Below the pieces are notes generated by a model. It had not been told where the DNA came from. It did no database searches and saw only the letters and a program-made list of their open reading frames with translations. Shown piece by piece: positions 22,896-31,569 of a stretch of DNA of 64,000 bases. Each line of letters begins with the position of its first letter. The first letter of the stretch is position 1. Source of the stretch: an uncultured Nitrospiraceae bacterium. GTDB taxonomy: Bacteria > Nitrospirota > Thermodesulfovibrionia > Thermodesulfovibrionales > SM23-35. The stretch covers positions 576,001-640,000 of the forward strand of contig CAVSHB010000001.1 in assembly GCA_963727775.1 (NCBI GenBank), in the 5' to 3' direction. The position numbers and the translations under genes were made by a program.

Positions 22896-23290
22896 TGAAG
22901 ATTGCTTTTGCAACAACCGATGGCGTCAATGTCGATGAACATTTTGGAAGGGCGGGCATGTTCGCCATATACGACATGACAAAAGAAGGTTACACATTCG
23001 TTGAATTAAGAAAATTTGCCGACGGCAGGGACAAAGAGATAGAGGACACAAAGGGATTAGGGCAGTTACATGATGACAAAGTCCGTAAAAAAGTCGATTA
23101 TCTCAGTGATTGCAGGATAATTTACATTACGGAAATAGGCGGCCCGTCAGCAGCGAGACTTGTTAAGAAAAGCATGATGCCCATAAAGGTTAGAGAGAAT
23201 ACCCCGATAGAAAAATCCCTGCAGAAGCTTTTGGACACAGTCCAGACTTCTCCGCCGCCGTGGATAAGAAAGGCGCTGCAGGATAGATAG
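22895..23290 (+). CDS. nifX: Nitrogen fixation protein NifX
   Basis: IAFATTDGVNVDEHFGRA, IGGPSAARLV, PPPWIRKAL; translationally coupled to nifEN. Confidence 0.9.
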   Translation: MKIAFATTDGVNVDEHFGRAGMFAIYDMTKEGYTFVELRKFADGRDKEIEDTKGLGQLHDDKVRKKVDYLSDCRIIYITEIGGPSAARLVKKSMMPIKVRENTPIEKSLQKLLDTVQTSPPPWIRKALQDR

Positions 23291-23333
23291 GCATGAAGAC
23301 CATTTTAGCTCCGTTTGGCACTGAATAGTAAAT

Positions 23334-23363
23334 GGTAGCCGCAGGCTTCAGCCTGCGGTTACC
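23334..23363. repeat. GTAG-type REP hairpin
   Basis: GGTAGCCGCAGGC-TTCA-GCCTGCGGTTACC. Confidence 0.65.
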
Positions 23364-23393
23364 TAAAACATATAAACACAGGAGGATTGAAAT

Positions 23394-23711
23394 ATGAAAA
23401 TGATCAGGGCTTTTATAAGACCGGAAAAGGAACAGGAAGTAGTATTGGCTTTGGAAGGCGCGGGGTTGTCATCTCTAACAAAGATGCCGGTGTTCGGCAG
23501 GGGCAAACAGAAGGGACTGCAGGTAGGCCCGGTGCACTATGATGAACTTCCAAAGACGCTTATTATGATGGTTGTTAACGATGATGATGTGGCAAAGGCT
23601 TTGAAGATAATCCAGGACAAATCAAAGACAGGCTTTGTGGGTGACGGGAAGATATTCATCAGTCCTGTCGAGAATGCATATACCATAAGAACAGGAGAGG
23701 CGGGACTATGA
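23394..23711 (+). CDS. nifI1: P-II family nitrogen regulator NifI1
   Basis: MKMIRAFIRPEK, VFGRGKQKG, YDELPK, GDGKIFISPV; short T-loop. Confidence 0.85.
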   Translation: MKMIRAFIRPEKEQEVVLALEGAGLSSLTKMPVFGRGKQKGLQVGPVHYDELPKTLIMMVVNDDDVAKALKIIQDKSKTGFVGDGKIFISPVENAYTIRTGEAGL

Positions 23712-24124
23712 AGGAGATGACTGTAATTATAAGAAGAGACAAACTCCCTGAGACCAAAAACGTGCTTGAGGAACTCGGGTATCCCTCTCTCACAATACAG
23801 AGCGTTGACGGAAGGGGGAAACAGAAAGGCAGTATGTGTGATTATGCGGATGAAGAAATGCCGGAAAGCTTCTGCCCGGCTGTTAAACTCAAAGCGACGC
23901 CTTCTACATATGCGATAGAGCACACATTGCCTAAGGTCGCACTTTACGTGCCGAAGAGAATGCTGACTATCGTAGTGCCTGACGATGTGGTGAGCAAGGT
24001 TATCAAATCCATAATCAAGGTGAATCAAACAGGAAAGCACGGCGACGGCAAGATATTTGTAACACCAATCGAGGGTGCTTTGAGGATCAGGACCGGTGAG
24101 ATGGACGGCGAGGCAATTGCCTAA
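23708..24124 (+). CDS. nifI2: P-II family nitrogen regulator NifI2
   Basis: MKEMTVIIR, GRGKQKG, PKRMLTIVV, NQTGKHGDGKIFV; ATGA overlap with nifI1. Confidence 0.85.
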   Translation: MKEMTVIIRRDKLPETKNVLEELGYPSLTIQSVDGRGKQKGSMCDYADEEMPESFCPAVKLKATPSTYAIEHTLPKVALYVPKRMLTIVVPDDVVSKVIKSIIKVNQTGKHGDGKIFVTPIEGALRIRTGEMDGEAIA

Positions 24125-24156
24125 ATATATGACAATTAAATAAACGGGAGGACGAT

Positions 24157-24435
24157 ATGCAACAGATAGTCGGATACACACGGGGCGGCAGAACCTGGAC
24201 GCCGAAATTCATTGAATCCATTGATATTGAAAAATGTATCGGTTGCGGCAGGTGTTATAAGGTTTGCAGCAGGGACGTCCTCGAATTGATCGAGAAGCCT
24301 TTTGAAGGAGAAGATGAATACGGAGACGACCTCGGCAACAAAGTTATGTCCATCTCGAACCGCGACAACTGCATAGGCTGTGAGGCATGTTCGCGGATTT
24401 GTACAAAGAAGTGCCATGTCCACATAAGTCTGTAG
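24157..24435 (+). CDS. fdxB: nif-associated 2x[4Fe-4S] ferredoxin (ferredoxin III type)
   Basis: TRGGRTWTPKF, CIGCGRCYKVC and CIGCEACSRIC. Confidence 0.88.
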   Translation: MQQIVGYTRGGRTWTPKFIESIDIEKCIGCGRCYKVCSRDVLELIEKPFEGEDEYGDDLGNKVMSISNRDNCIGCEACSRICTKKCHVHISL

Positions 24436-24518
24436 AGGACTAAAACTTCTGTTTTTATTCCGTATCATAAAAAAAGGATGGCATAGCTTTAAGCCGCTTA
24501 ATTCATAAAATTTGTTGA

Positions 24519-24622
24519 TGCCGACAAATACAGTATTCGCGCTCATTCTCGGGCTGTCGCCCTCCGAGGTAAATTCTTTCTTTGAAAGAATTTAACCCGC
24601 TTAAATACTGTATCTGTCGGCA
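24519..24622. repeat. Cruciform element copy 2
   Basis: Arms TGCCGACAAATACAGTATT (24519-24537) and AATACTGTATCTGTCGGCA (24604-24622), 1 mismatch; same core blocks as 1690-1794. Confidence 0.8.
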
Positions 24623-24653
24623 ATTTTATTGGATTTGGTAAAATAAACTACAC

Positions 24654-26336
24654 GTGAGACGGATAAAATCGCTATATAAAAGCATTGTTGCGCCCTTTTT
24701 CATAATTGTCCTTTTGTGTACCCACAGCTATGCATTCGAAAAAAGTCCATCTGTTAAGGTACTTGATTCAGGGTTTGACTTGCTCATTAAAAAGAAGATA
24801 GCTAAGTGGGGAAATCCCCTGAAAACATTTATTGCGGGAGAGAGGATATATTCTGCTGTTCTTGTCAAGAGCTTCTATAAAGGAAGAGACTACCGGGCTG
24901 CATGGATCCGGGATGGCCGCGTAACGCAGGCAGATACACTTATAAGGACGATAGAGGAAGCCTATGGCGAAGGGCTGACGCCTGATTACTATCATCTCGG
25001 CCCTATAAGGTCTTTTGTAGATAAGGCAGGAAAATTATCTGACCCATCAAATATGGCAGACCTCGATGTACTCCTGACAGATGCATTCCTTACTCTCGGC
25101 TGCCACCTGTCGGGTGGATGCGTAAATCCGGCGGCTGTTGAATCGGAATGGTTTGCGAAACGTAGGGATGTGGATGTTTCCGCTGTCCTTGAGCAGGCGC
25201 TCAAGAAAAAACAGATCAAAGCTGCCTTAATGCGGCTTCGCCCGGAACACGGCTCCTACGCAAGGCTTAGGGAGGCTCTGGCGCGGTACAGGGAACTATC
25301 ATCAAAGGGTGAACGGCCGCGGGTTTCAGCGGGTCCTTTCTTGAAAAAGGGCTCGACGTCCGGCAGGGTCGTGGAACTAAGAAAAAGACTTGCCGCTTCA
25401 GGTGATCTCGATGCTGACGGGGCAAAAGGAGGAGGCCTGTTTGATGAGAAACTGGAACAGTCCGTGATCATTTTTCAGAAACGGCACGGGCTCAAAGCCG
25501 ACGGCGTTGTCGGCCCTGTTACTCTCAACGCTCTTAACGTTCCATTGAAGCAACGTGTACGACAAATTGAATTGAATATGGAAAGGCTCCGCTGGTTAAG
25601 CGGCAATCACGATCAGCGCTCCATTGTTATTAACATCGCAGATTTCAGTCTGCATGTTATCGAAAACGGGAAGTCAATTCTATCGATGGAAGTAGTCGTG
25701 GGTAAGCCTTATCAGCGCACTCCTGTCTTCACGGCAAAGATGAGTTACGTTGCAATAAACCCTTCATGGAACATCCCGGACAGCATTGCGCGGAAAGAGA
25801 TTCTGAAAAAGATCAAGAAAGACCCTCATTATCTTGCCGAGCAAAACATTAAGGTCTTAAGGGGCCGGGGACCTCACGAAGAAGAAATAAGTCCGGAAGC
25901 AATTGACTGGTCTAAGATCACTCGAGATTCTTTAAAATATGTATTTCGCCAGGAGCCCGGGCCTTTGAATCCCTTGGGGCGCATTAAATTCATGTTCCCG
26001 AATCAGTTTAACGTTTATCTCCATGACACCCCCTCCAAACGCCTGTTTTCGGAGAATGTGCGTACCTTCAGCCACGGCTGCACCCGCATTGAAAAACCCA
26101 TTGAAATGGGGGAGTATGTCTTGCGGGATATTCCCGGCTGGACGCGGACAAAATTATTGGCTGCGATAGATAAAGGAACTGAGCAAAAAGTCCTGCTTCC
26201 TCATCCGTTAAATGTTCATTTCCTTTATCTCACGGCCTGGGTTGATGAAGGGGGCATCCTACAGTTCAGAAATGACATCTACGGAAGGGACAAGATCCTT
26301 GATGAGGCGCTTCGCAGGAAGCCATCTTTGCGCTGA
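24654..26336 (+). CDS. ldtD: L,D-transpeptidase (YcbB/LdtD-like) with peptidoglycan-binding domain
   Basis: FQKRHGLKADGVVG, NMERLRW, NPLGRIKFMFPN, YLHDTP, FSHGCTR. Confidence 0.9.
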   Translation: MRRIKSLYKSIVAPFFIIVLLCTHSYAFEKSPSVKVLDSGFDLLIKKKIAKWGNPLKTFIAGERIYSAVLVKSFYKGRDYRAAWIRDGRVTQADTLIRTIEEAYGEGLTPDYYHLGPIRSFVDKAGKLSDPSNMADLDVLLTDAFLTLGCHLSGGCVNPAAVESEWFAKRRDVDVSAVLEQALKKKQIKAALMRLRPEHGSYARLREALARYRELSSKGERPRVSAGPFLKKGSTSGRVVELRKRLAASGDLDADGAKGGGLFDEKLEQSVIIFQKRHGLKADGVVGPVTLNALNVPLKQRVRQIELNMERLRWLSGNHDQRSIVINIADFSLHVIENGKSILSMEVVVGKPYQRTPVFTAKMSYVAINPSWNIPDSIARKEILKKIKKDPHYLAEQNIKVLRGRGPHEEEISPEAIDWSKITRDSLKYVFRQEPGPLNPLGRIKFMFPNQFNVYLHDTPSKRLFSENVRTFSHGCTRIEKPIEMGEYVLRDIPGWTRTKLLAAIDKGTEQKVLLPHPLNVHFLYLTAWVDEGGILQFRNDIYGRDKILDEALRRKPSLR

Positions 26337-26471
26337 GGTCCAATATTTTTTACCCGACGGCTTATACTCTGTGTCTTTCAGCTATTTAACGGGTGCGATT
26401 TTCATTGGATATCGGTTATTATAATAAAAGAGGTAATTTCAGTTGATCTTGTTGTTGAACGGAGGCATCCT

Positions 26472-27056
26472 ATGACATCTCAGGAAAAAGCGCCATTCCC
26501 GATAGCCCGCCATAATATAAGCCGCAGAGGTTTTCTCGCGGGAGCGCTGGCAACGACCGCTATGTGCCTTTTCCCCTATAAGGCTGTCGCTGCGGTCTCA
26601 AAAGTATTTATTGCTGAAAAAGCTCTCTCCTTTTATAACACCCACACAGGTGAGAACATGAAAGCCATATACTGGAGCGAGGGCACATATTTGCCACAGG
26701 CATTGGCTGATATAAATTACATATTGCGTGACTACCGCACAGGAGGGGTTAAGGAGATCGATACGGATTTATTAGACCTTCTCTTTGCTCTCCATCAGAA
26801 GCTGGAAAGCAAGAGCCCCTTCAGTATTATTTCGGGATATCGTTCCCAGGAAACCAACTCACTCCTAAACTTTGCGAGCAGAGGAGTGGCAAAAAACAGC
26901 CTGCACATAGATGGAAAAGCAATTGATATCCGTCTTCCCGGTCATGAGCTGAAGGCCCTGCAGCGTGCTGCCGTCGACCTTCGGAAAGGGGGCGTGGGGT
27001 ATTATCCCACCTCCGATTTTGTCCACGTGGATGTGGGAAGAATACGTTACTGGTAA
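26472..27056 (+). CDS. mepK: YcbK/MepK family peptidase M15 (DUF882) with Tat signal
   Basis: SRRGFL Tat motif, NTHTGE, ISGYRS, SLHIDGKAID, FVHVDVG; follows the ycbB-like gene. Confidence 0.88.
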   Translation: MTSQEKAPFPIARHNISRRGFLAGALATTAMCLFPYKAVAAVSKVFIAEKALSFYNTHTGENMKAIYWSEGTYLPQALADINYILRDYRTGGVKEIDTDLLDLLFALHQKLESKSPFSIISGYRSQETNSLLNFASRGVAKNSLHIDGKAIDIRLPGHELKALQRAAVDLRKGGVGYYPTSDFVHVDVGRIRYW

Positions 27057-27194
27057 CCCACAGAGGTCGCCGACAAGGCCGGGCGCAGGTTTCTGTACAT
27101 AATTTCCATTAATTTTCTTCTTCGCCTTCGATTAGTAGTTTACGGTAGGACTGAAGACCCGTTTTTGTTTTATTTGAAAATGAATGGCCTGAGG

Positions 27195-29040
27195 CGTATT
27201 TTCTTTTTAAAAACTACGAGGAACTCCATATGCTGCAATGATTTGAAGGCGATTTCTAATTTCAAGAAAATGGCTACAATTTTACCTTGAGCAGATCAAG
27301 AATCTTTTGCTGACTGTTATCCGGGGTGCAAACAATTCGGCACGAAGAGCCCTGCACTTGAAGTCTCTGCCTTCTCAGGCTCTTTAATCTCTCAATCACA
27401 TACTCAAATGTCCATCTGCGGTGTTTATTTTTTCCGTCAGACTGAAACAGAGGCTTTAGTCTCTGATTCATATGCCACTGCAAGTAGTAGGCAAGCATGC
27501 AAAGAAACACATGACAGCGGATTCGGTCGTCGGTCTTGTGATAAACGGGCCGCACCTCAAGCTGTACGCTCTTTAAGTTCCGAAACGCCTGTTCTACAAG
27601 AGCAAGCTTTTTATATGATGCCACTATTGCCTGCTTTGCCATCAGCCCGGCAGGAACATCGGAGGCAATGATGTAACAGCCGTCAATCAATTCCTCAGTC
27701 TCGATCTTCTCTGTTTTTAATTTCCATGTGAGACGTCCATCCTGTACTGACCACTCTACAAATTTACCTGTCTTCCACTTTCCCAGAACCTTCCCCACCC
27801 TTGCCGCTATCTTCTCGTTTGACGACTTCCGTTTTGATTGGGCTATGCTATCCAATGCCTTTCTGGTGACCTCAATCAAGCCTTTGCGTGTCACAGCTTC
27901 CCTTGTAGCGGTCTTTGGATTGCGGCATAAGCAGTATCGCCGTCCTATCGCCTCAGGATCCACTACTTCAATAATCTCCTTTTCATCAAACATATCGATC
28001 TGAATCACCTTGCGTTCCAGTAGCTCTTTTATCTGGTGGTGTGTTAATGCCGATATTATATTGAGCCCTTTTACATCCTTAACCTTTTCGTAATTGGCAT
28101 GAGTAACCATTCCACGATCACCTACAAAGATTATCTCCTGGATCCCATATTTTTTCTGCACCTCAGCTATTTTATCGGGTACCGTTTGAGCATCCTGAGT
28201 ATTCCCAGGGAAAACTTCCACACCCACAGGGCACCCCTCGGGACTGCAAAGCAGCCCTATCACCATCTGTTCATGCCCCCGCTTGCCGTCCCGGTTATAT
28301 CCGAATTTAACGATCTCACTGTCTTCATACTCGCCCTCAAAATAACTGCTGGTTATATCGTAAAGCACAAGCGCGCCGTTTCGGAGATGCTTTTTCGCCA
28401 ATGTACTTTGGATGGCATCCTGCCTCTGTAAAAGACGATCCATAGGCTCATAACAATGCTTATCTACGTCAACCGGCCCTTCTATCCCGCAGAGTTCCCA
28501 TAATGCCGTGTCCTCCCATCTGTGCGATAAAGCCAGCTTGCTGCCGCTATATACTAAACGGCCGATTATCATGGCAAGACAGTCTTTAACCCACTGCTCG
28601 GAATATCTCGAATAAATCATCTTGTCCAACTCTAATTCCTTCGCCAACTGCAATACCGCATAGGAAGCGCCGTACTCTTTCGATTCCGCGATTTTGTGAG
28701 CGTCGGCTGAACCCTTTACCAGCACATCGCCCCTGAAGGCGGCCTGTATGAGCTTTAGTTGTTCAAGACTCATATCCTTAATGGTCCCATGTGTCGTGTG
28801 CCTGATTTCGCCCTTCTCACGGAAGGTAGTGCGAATAACGCCGTAGTGCTTATTGCCGGAAGTCTGTATTTCGAGATGGGGGCGTGGCTTCTTTTTAAAT
28901 GGCATGGCTACTATTATAGGATATGATTACCACTATGTCAACTATAAAATGCTATATTATATGGCTACATTTGAAAGCCAAATACACGGTAATCTATTGT
29001 AATATAAGCATTTATGGGTGTTTTCATAAAAGAAAATACG
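27195..29040 (-). mobile_element. IS1634-family insertion sequence, copy 1 (1846 bp)
   Basis: 13-bp TIR CGTATTTTCTTTT; 6-bp target duplication CTGAGG (27189-27194 and 29041-29046). Confidence 0.93.
27274..28905 (-). CDS. IS1634-family DDE transposase
   Basis: LYDITSSYFEG, GYNRDGK, VGDRGM, VEQAFRNLKS, RPVYH, HVFLCMLAY. Confidence 0.92.
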   Translation of the reverse strand: MPFKKKPRPHLEIQTSGNKHYGVIRTTFREKGEIRHTTHGTIKDMSLEQLKLIQAAFRGDVLVKGSADAHKIAESKEYGASYAVLQLAKELELDKMIYSRYSEQWVKDCLAMIIGRLVYSGSKLALSHRWEDTALWELCGIEGPVDVDKHCYEPMDRLLQRQDAIQSTLAKKHLRNGALVLYDITSSYFEGEYEDSEIVKFGYNRDGKRGHEQMVIGLLCSPEGCPVGVEVFPGNTQDAQTVPDKIAEVQKKYGIQEIIFVGDRGMVTHANYEKVKDVKGLNIISALTHHQIKELLERKVIQIDMFDEKEIIEVVDPEAIGRRYCLCRNPKTATREAVTRKGLIEVTRKALDSIAQSKRKSSNEKIAARVGKVLGKWKTGKFVEWSVQDGRLTWKLKTEKIETEELIDGCYIIASDVPAGLMAKQAIVASYKKLALVEQAFRNLKSVQLEVRPVYHKTDDRIRCHVFLCMLAYYLQWHMNQRLKPLFQSDGKNKHRRWTFEYVIERLKSLRRQRLQVQGSSCRIVCTPDNSQQKILDLLKVKL

Positions 29041-29566
29041 CTGAGGCACAAAGCCAACGAGAGCATTTGTTACAATCTGTATCAACCGGGTTTCTCGATT
29101 TCTCTCAAAACCGAATCTGAAGAGCGCCGGGTATCAACTCCACCGCGCTACTAAACACCGGATCATAAGAGTCACCAGTGATGATTTTCGAGAGAAGAAC
29201 TACGTGTAACACCAATCATCAGACTGCAGGATTCTACCTCTCATAATTAACATCATCAAGGTGTACATATGTGCAATTTATATTGCCGTAATACCGCAAT
29301 AGGGCCCGATGTTACATAAACACTCTACGCTATCGTTCTTGATTAGCTCCAGATATTGTTTTTTCATAATGCTTATTGTTCAGCAATATCAAACTTATGT
29401 GTGCTGTTCTCTGAGCCAAATGTGAGAGGCCTCATGAATAACTGAACGAATCAATTCCAAATAATGGGCGAAAGCTGCTTAATCACTGTGCCCCCCATGT
29501 AAAATAAGGCCGCTAGACGAAATGATTATAGCTCTTAATGTCATAACGTCTCATTAGGGAGAGGTA

Positions 29567-30982
29567 CTAACTTATATCTACGAAATCCCTTATATCCAGC
29601 CTCTGGTCTACCATCCTCCACTTTCCTGAAGAGGATTGACTGTCCTTGTGTACAGCAACCACAATTCTGACCCTATTGCCATAAGGGCCCAGTCTCTTTC
29701 TAATCTCGCTCAATACGCTGTCCGTATTCTCCTCTTTGTAATACTCAGCAGCATATACCCTCAGCTCCACTTTGCCGGGGCGTTCCTGATAGAGTTGAAA
29801 GCGCCCGATATTTTCTAAGACCCTGTAATCTATGTCGAGATTGACAGAGAAAACCTGCCCTTCCGAACCGATGAGAAAATCACCGATGCGCCCATCCATA
29901 CTTTCCAGCACCTCGTAACGCCTCCCGCACAGAGTACAGGAATTGCCCTTCCTGGTTATATCCCCGGTCACGTATCTGATAAGGGGCATTGCGTAGTTGA
30001 TGAATCCGGTTCCGACCAATTCAAACGCAGAACCCCGAACTGGAAGATACTCGGCATATCCGTATTGCGGATAGAGATGATAAATACCGGAGTGTTCACA
30101 TCCACCGCCGTGTATCACCTTCTCTACCATCCCGTAATCAGAAAACACCCTGGCTCCAAAGACATATTTGATGATTTCCCTCTGCCATTCATACACATTC
30201 TCGGCATAAACAATAACTCCCTTAAGCTTGTTACGCAGTGATTTCCCTCTATTTTTCACAGATGAGGCGAAAGTTGCGACCGCATAAGGAAAGCCTATGA
30301 GATATTCAGGCTTGAAATAGTTGATCATTTCTGTATATTCATCAATCCATTCATCTACAAAGTAATTGCTCGAAAGGATCAGTTTATTTCCGTATTTCTT
30401 CCATGGGAGGCTGTCCTTCTTTCCCTCTCTTATATTCGCTACTAAAAAAACTGTTCTCGAATGCGGGCTGTATCCGCTCCTGCTCCACAGATCAATTATC
30501 GTTGCCCAGTGTTTTTCTTCGGTCTCTTTTGTTCCATAAACTATGAGTGGAATGCCTGTCGTTCCACTAGTAGATGCCGCAATTAATTTGCTCTTATGAA
30601 TGTTTTCTGTTATGAATTCATGATGATTTTCTTTTATTGTAACCTTGTTGATATAGGGCAAAGCCTTAATATCGCTCAAGGCCTGTACCTTCTCCGGTTT
30701 AAACCCGTACTCTCCAAATAACTTTCTGTAGTAAGGCACATTTGCCCCAGCGTGCATCAACAAATCTCTTAATTGTTCGACCTGATAAGCCTCGATCTTA
30801 TCCCTGTCCCACTTTTCTGACTCTTTCAGGAATCCGAGCCAGTATCGAAATGTCGGCCCATAGGACCCATAGGAGATACTGTATCTGAACTTCAGTGGGA
30901 GTCTCTCTAATACTTCCCTAACGGCCTTTTCAATAACCGAGTTGGATTCTATGAATTTCTTAATGATCTCTATGGTACCCAT
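29567..30982 (-). CDS. Phenylacetate-CoA ligase/CapK-like adenylate-forming protein
   Basis: NVPYYRKLF, TSGTTGIP, YGMVE, NYAMPLIRYVTGD, GRIGD. Confidence 0.85.
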   Translation of the reverse strand: MGTIEIIKKFIESNSVIEKAVREVLERLPLKFRYSISYGSYGPTFRYWLGFLKESEKWDRDKIEAYQVEQLRDLLMHAGANVPYYRKLFGEYGFKPEKVQALSDIKALPYINKVTIKENHHEFITENIHKSKLIAASTSGTTGIPLIVYGTKETEEKHWATIIDLWSRSGYSPHSRTVFLVANIREGKKDSLPWKKYGNKLILSSNYFVDEWIDEYTEMINYFKPEYLIGFPYAVATFASSVKNRGKSLRNKLKGVIVYAENVYEWQREIIKYVFGARVFSDYGMVEKVIHGGGCEHSGIYHLYPQYGYAEYLPVRGSAFELVGTGFINYAMPLIRYVTGDITRKGNSCTLCGRRYEVLESMDGRIGDFLIGSEGQVFSVNLDIDYRVLENIGRFQLYQERPGKVELRVYAAEYYKEENTDSVLSEIRKRLGPYGNRVRIVVAVHKDSQSSSGKWRMVDQRLDIRDFVDIS

Positions 30983-31326
30983 TACTCAGGATTCTTAACC
31001 AACCTTTTGATTTTTCCGAATAAACCTTTTATATATTGGAGCAAGACATTATAAAAAAGCGATTTCAGGCAATAGGTTGCGGAAATAAAATATAGCATAC
31101 ACGTAATTTTTCCGAGCAAATATATTCCCAATATATATCATGAAAGATTTTCGCTCCAAAAACCCATTTTCCGGCCAGATCCATTCTTTCCCAGTCTCGT
31201 ATGACAACATTGCCTCTCCCGTGCGCTGCCTTCATTGTTTCAACTGACGATACTGCGTAATACTAGTTGTACTCTGTGATTTTAAGAAGTATATCACAGG
31301 TGTCGATAGCAGGAAGTACATCGCCG

Positions 31327-31415
31327 TGCATGTTTCGGATCGAAGTCGAGACTTCCTCCTGCCAGAGTGGCAGGTTTGCTCCGGAACAGGTGGCAGGAAC
31401 GGGTCGGAATCTGCA
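31327..31415. mobile_element. IS21-like end remnant / mini-element
   Basis: Bounded by TG...CA, with internal repeated GTGGCAGG...CGGAA units; 31382-31398 is an exact inverted match to 54439-54455. Confidence 0.5.
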
Positions 31416-31569
31416 CCTACTCGAGTCCGTTTTGAAATGCCCGTTCGATAACTGCTCCCTTTTCAGCGGCTATGCCGTATCCAAGCGGTAAGCGATATCC
31501 TCAGAAAACACGATTATCCCGCCTAAGCGGCCACACAATCGAAGCAATCACCACAGCAAGTCTTACCTC

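Noticed and set aside
23316..23331. sigma54 promoter upstream of nifI1 (TGGCAC...)
   Set aside because: The -24 element is good but there is no GC at -12 (TGGCACTGAATAGTAA).
23537..24181. Long antisense ORFs (this one, 19216-19770, 59195-59773, 35369-35962 and similar)
   Set aside because: They shadow well-supported genes on the other strand and show no recognisable motifs.
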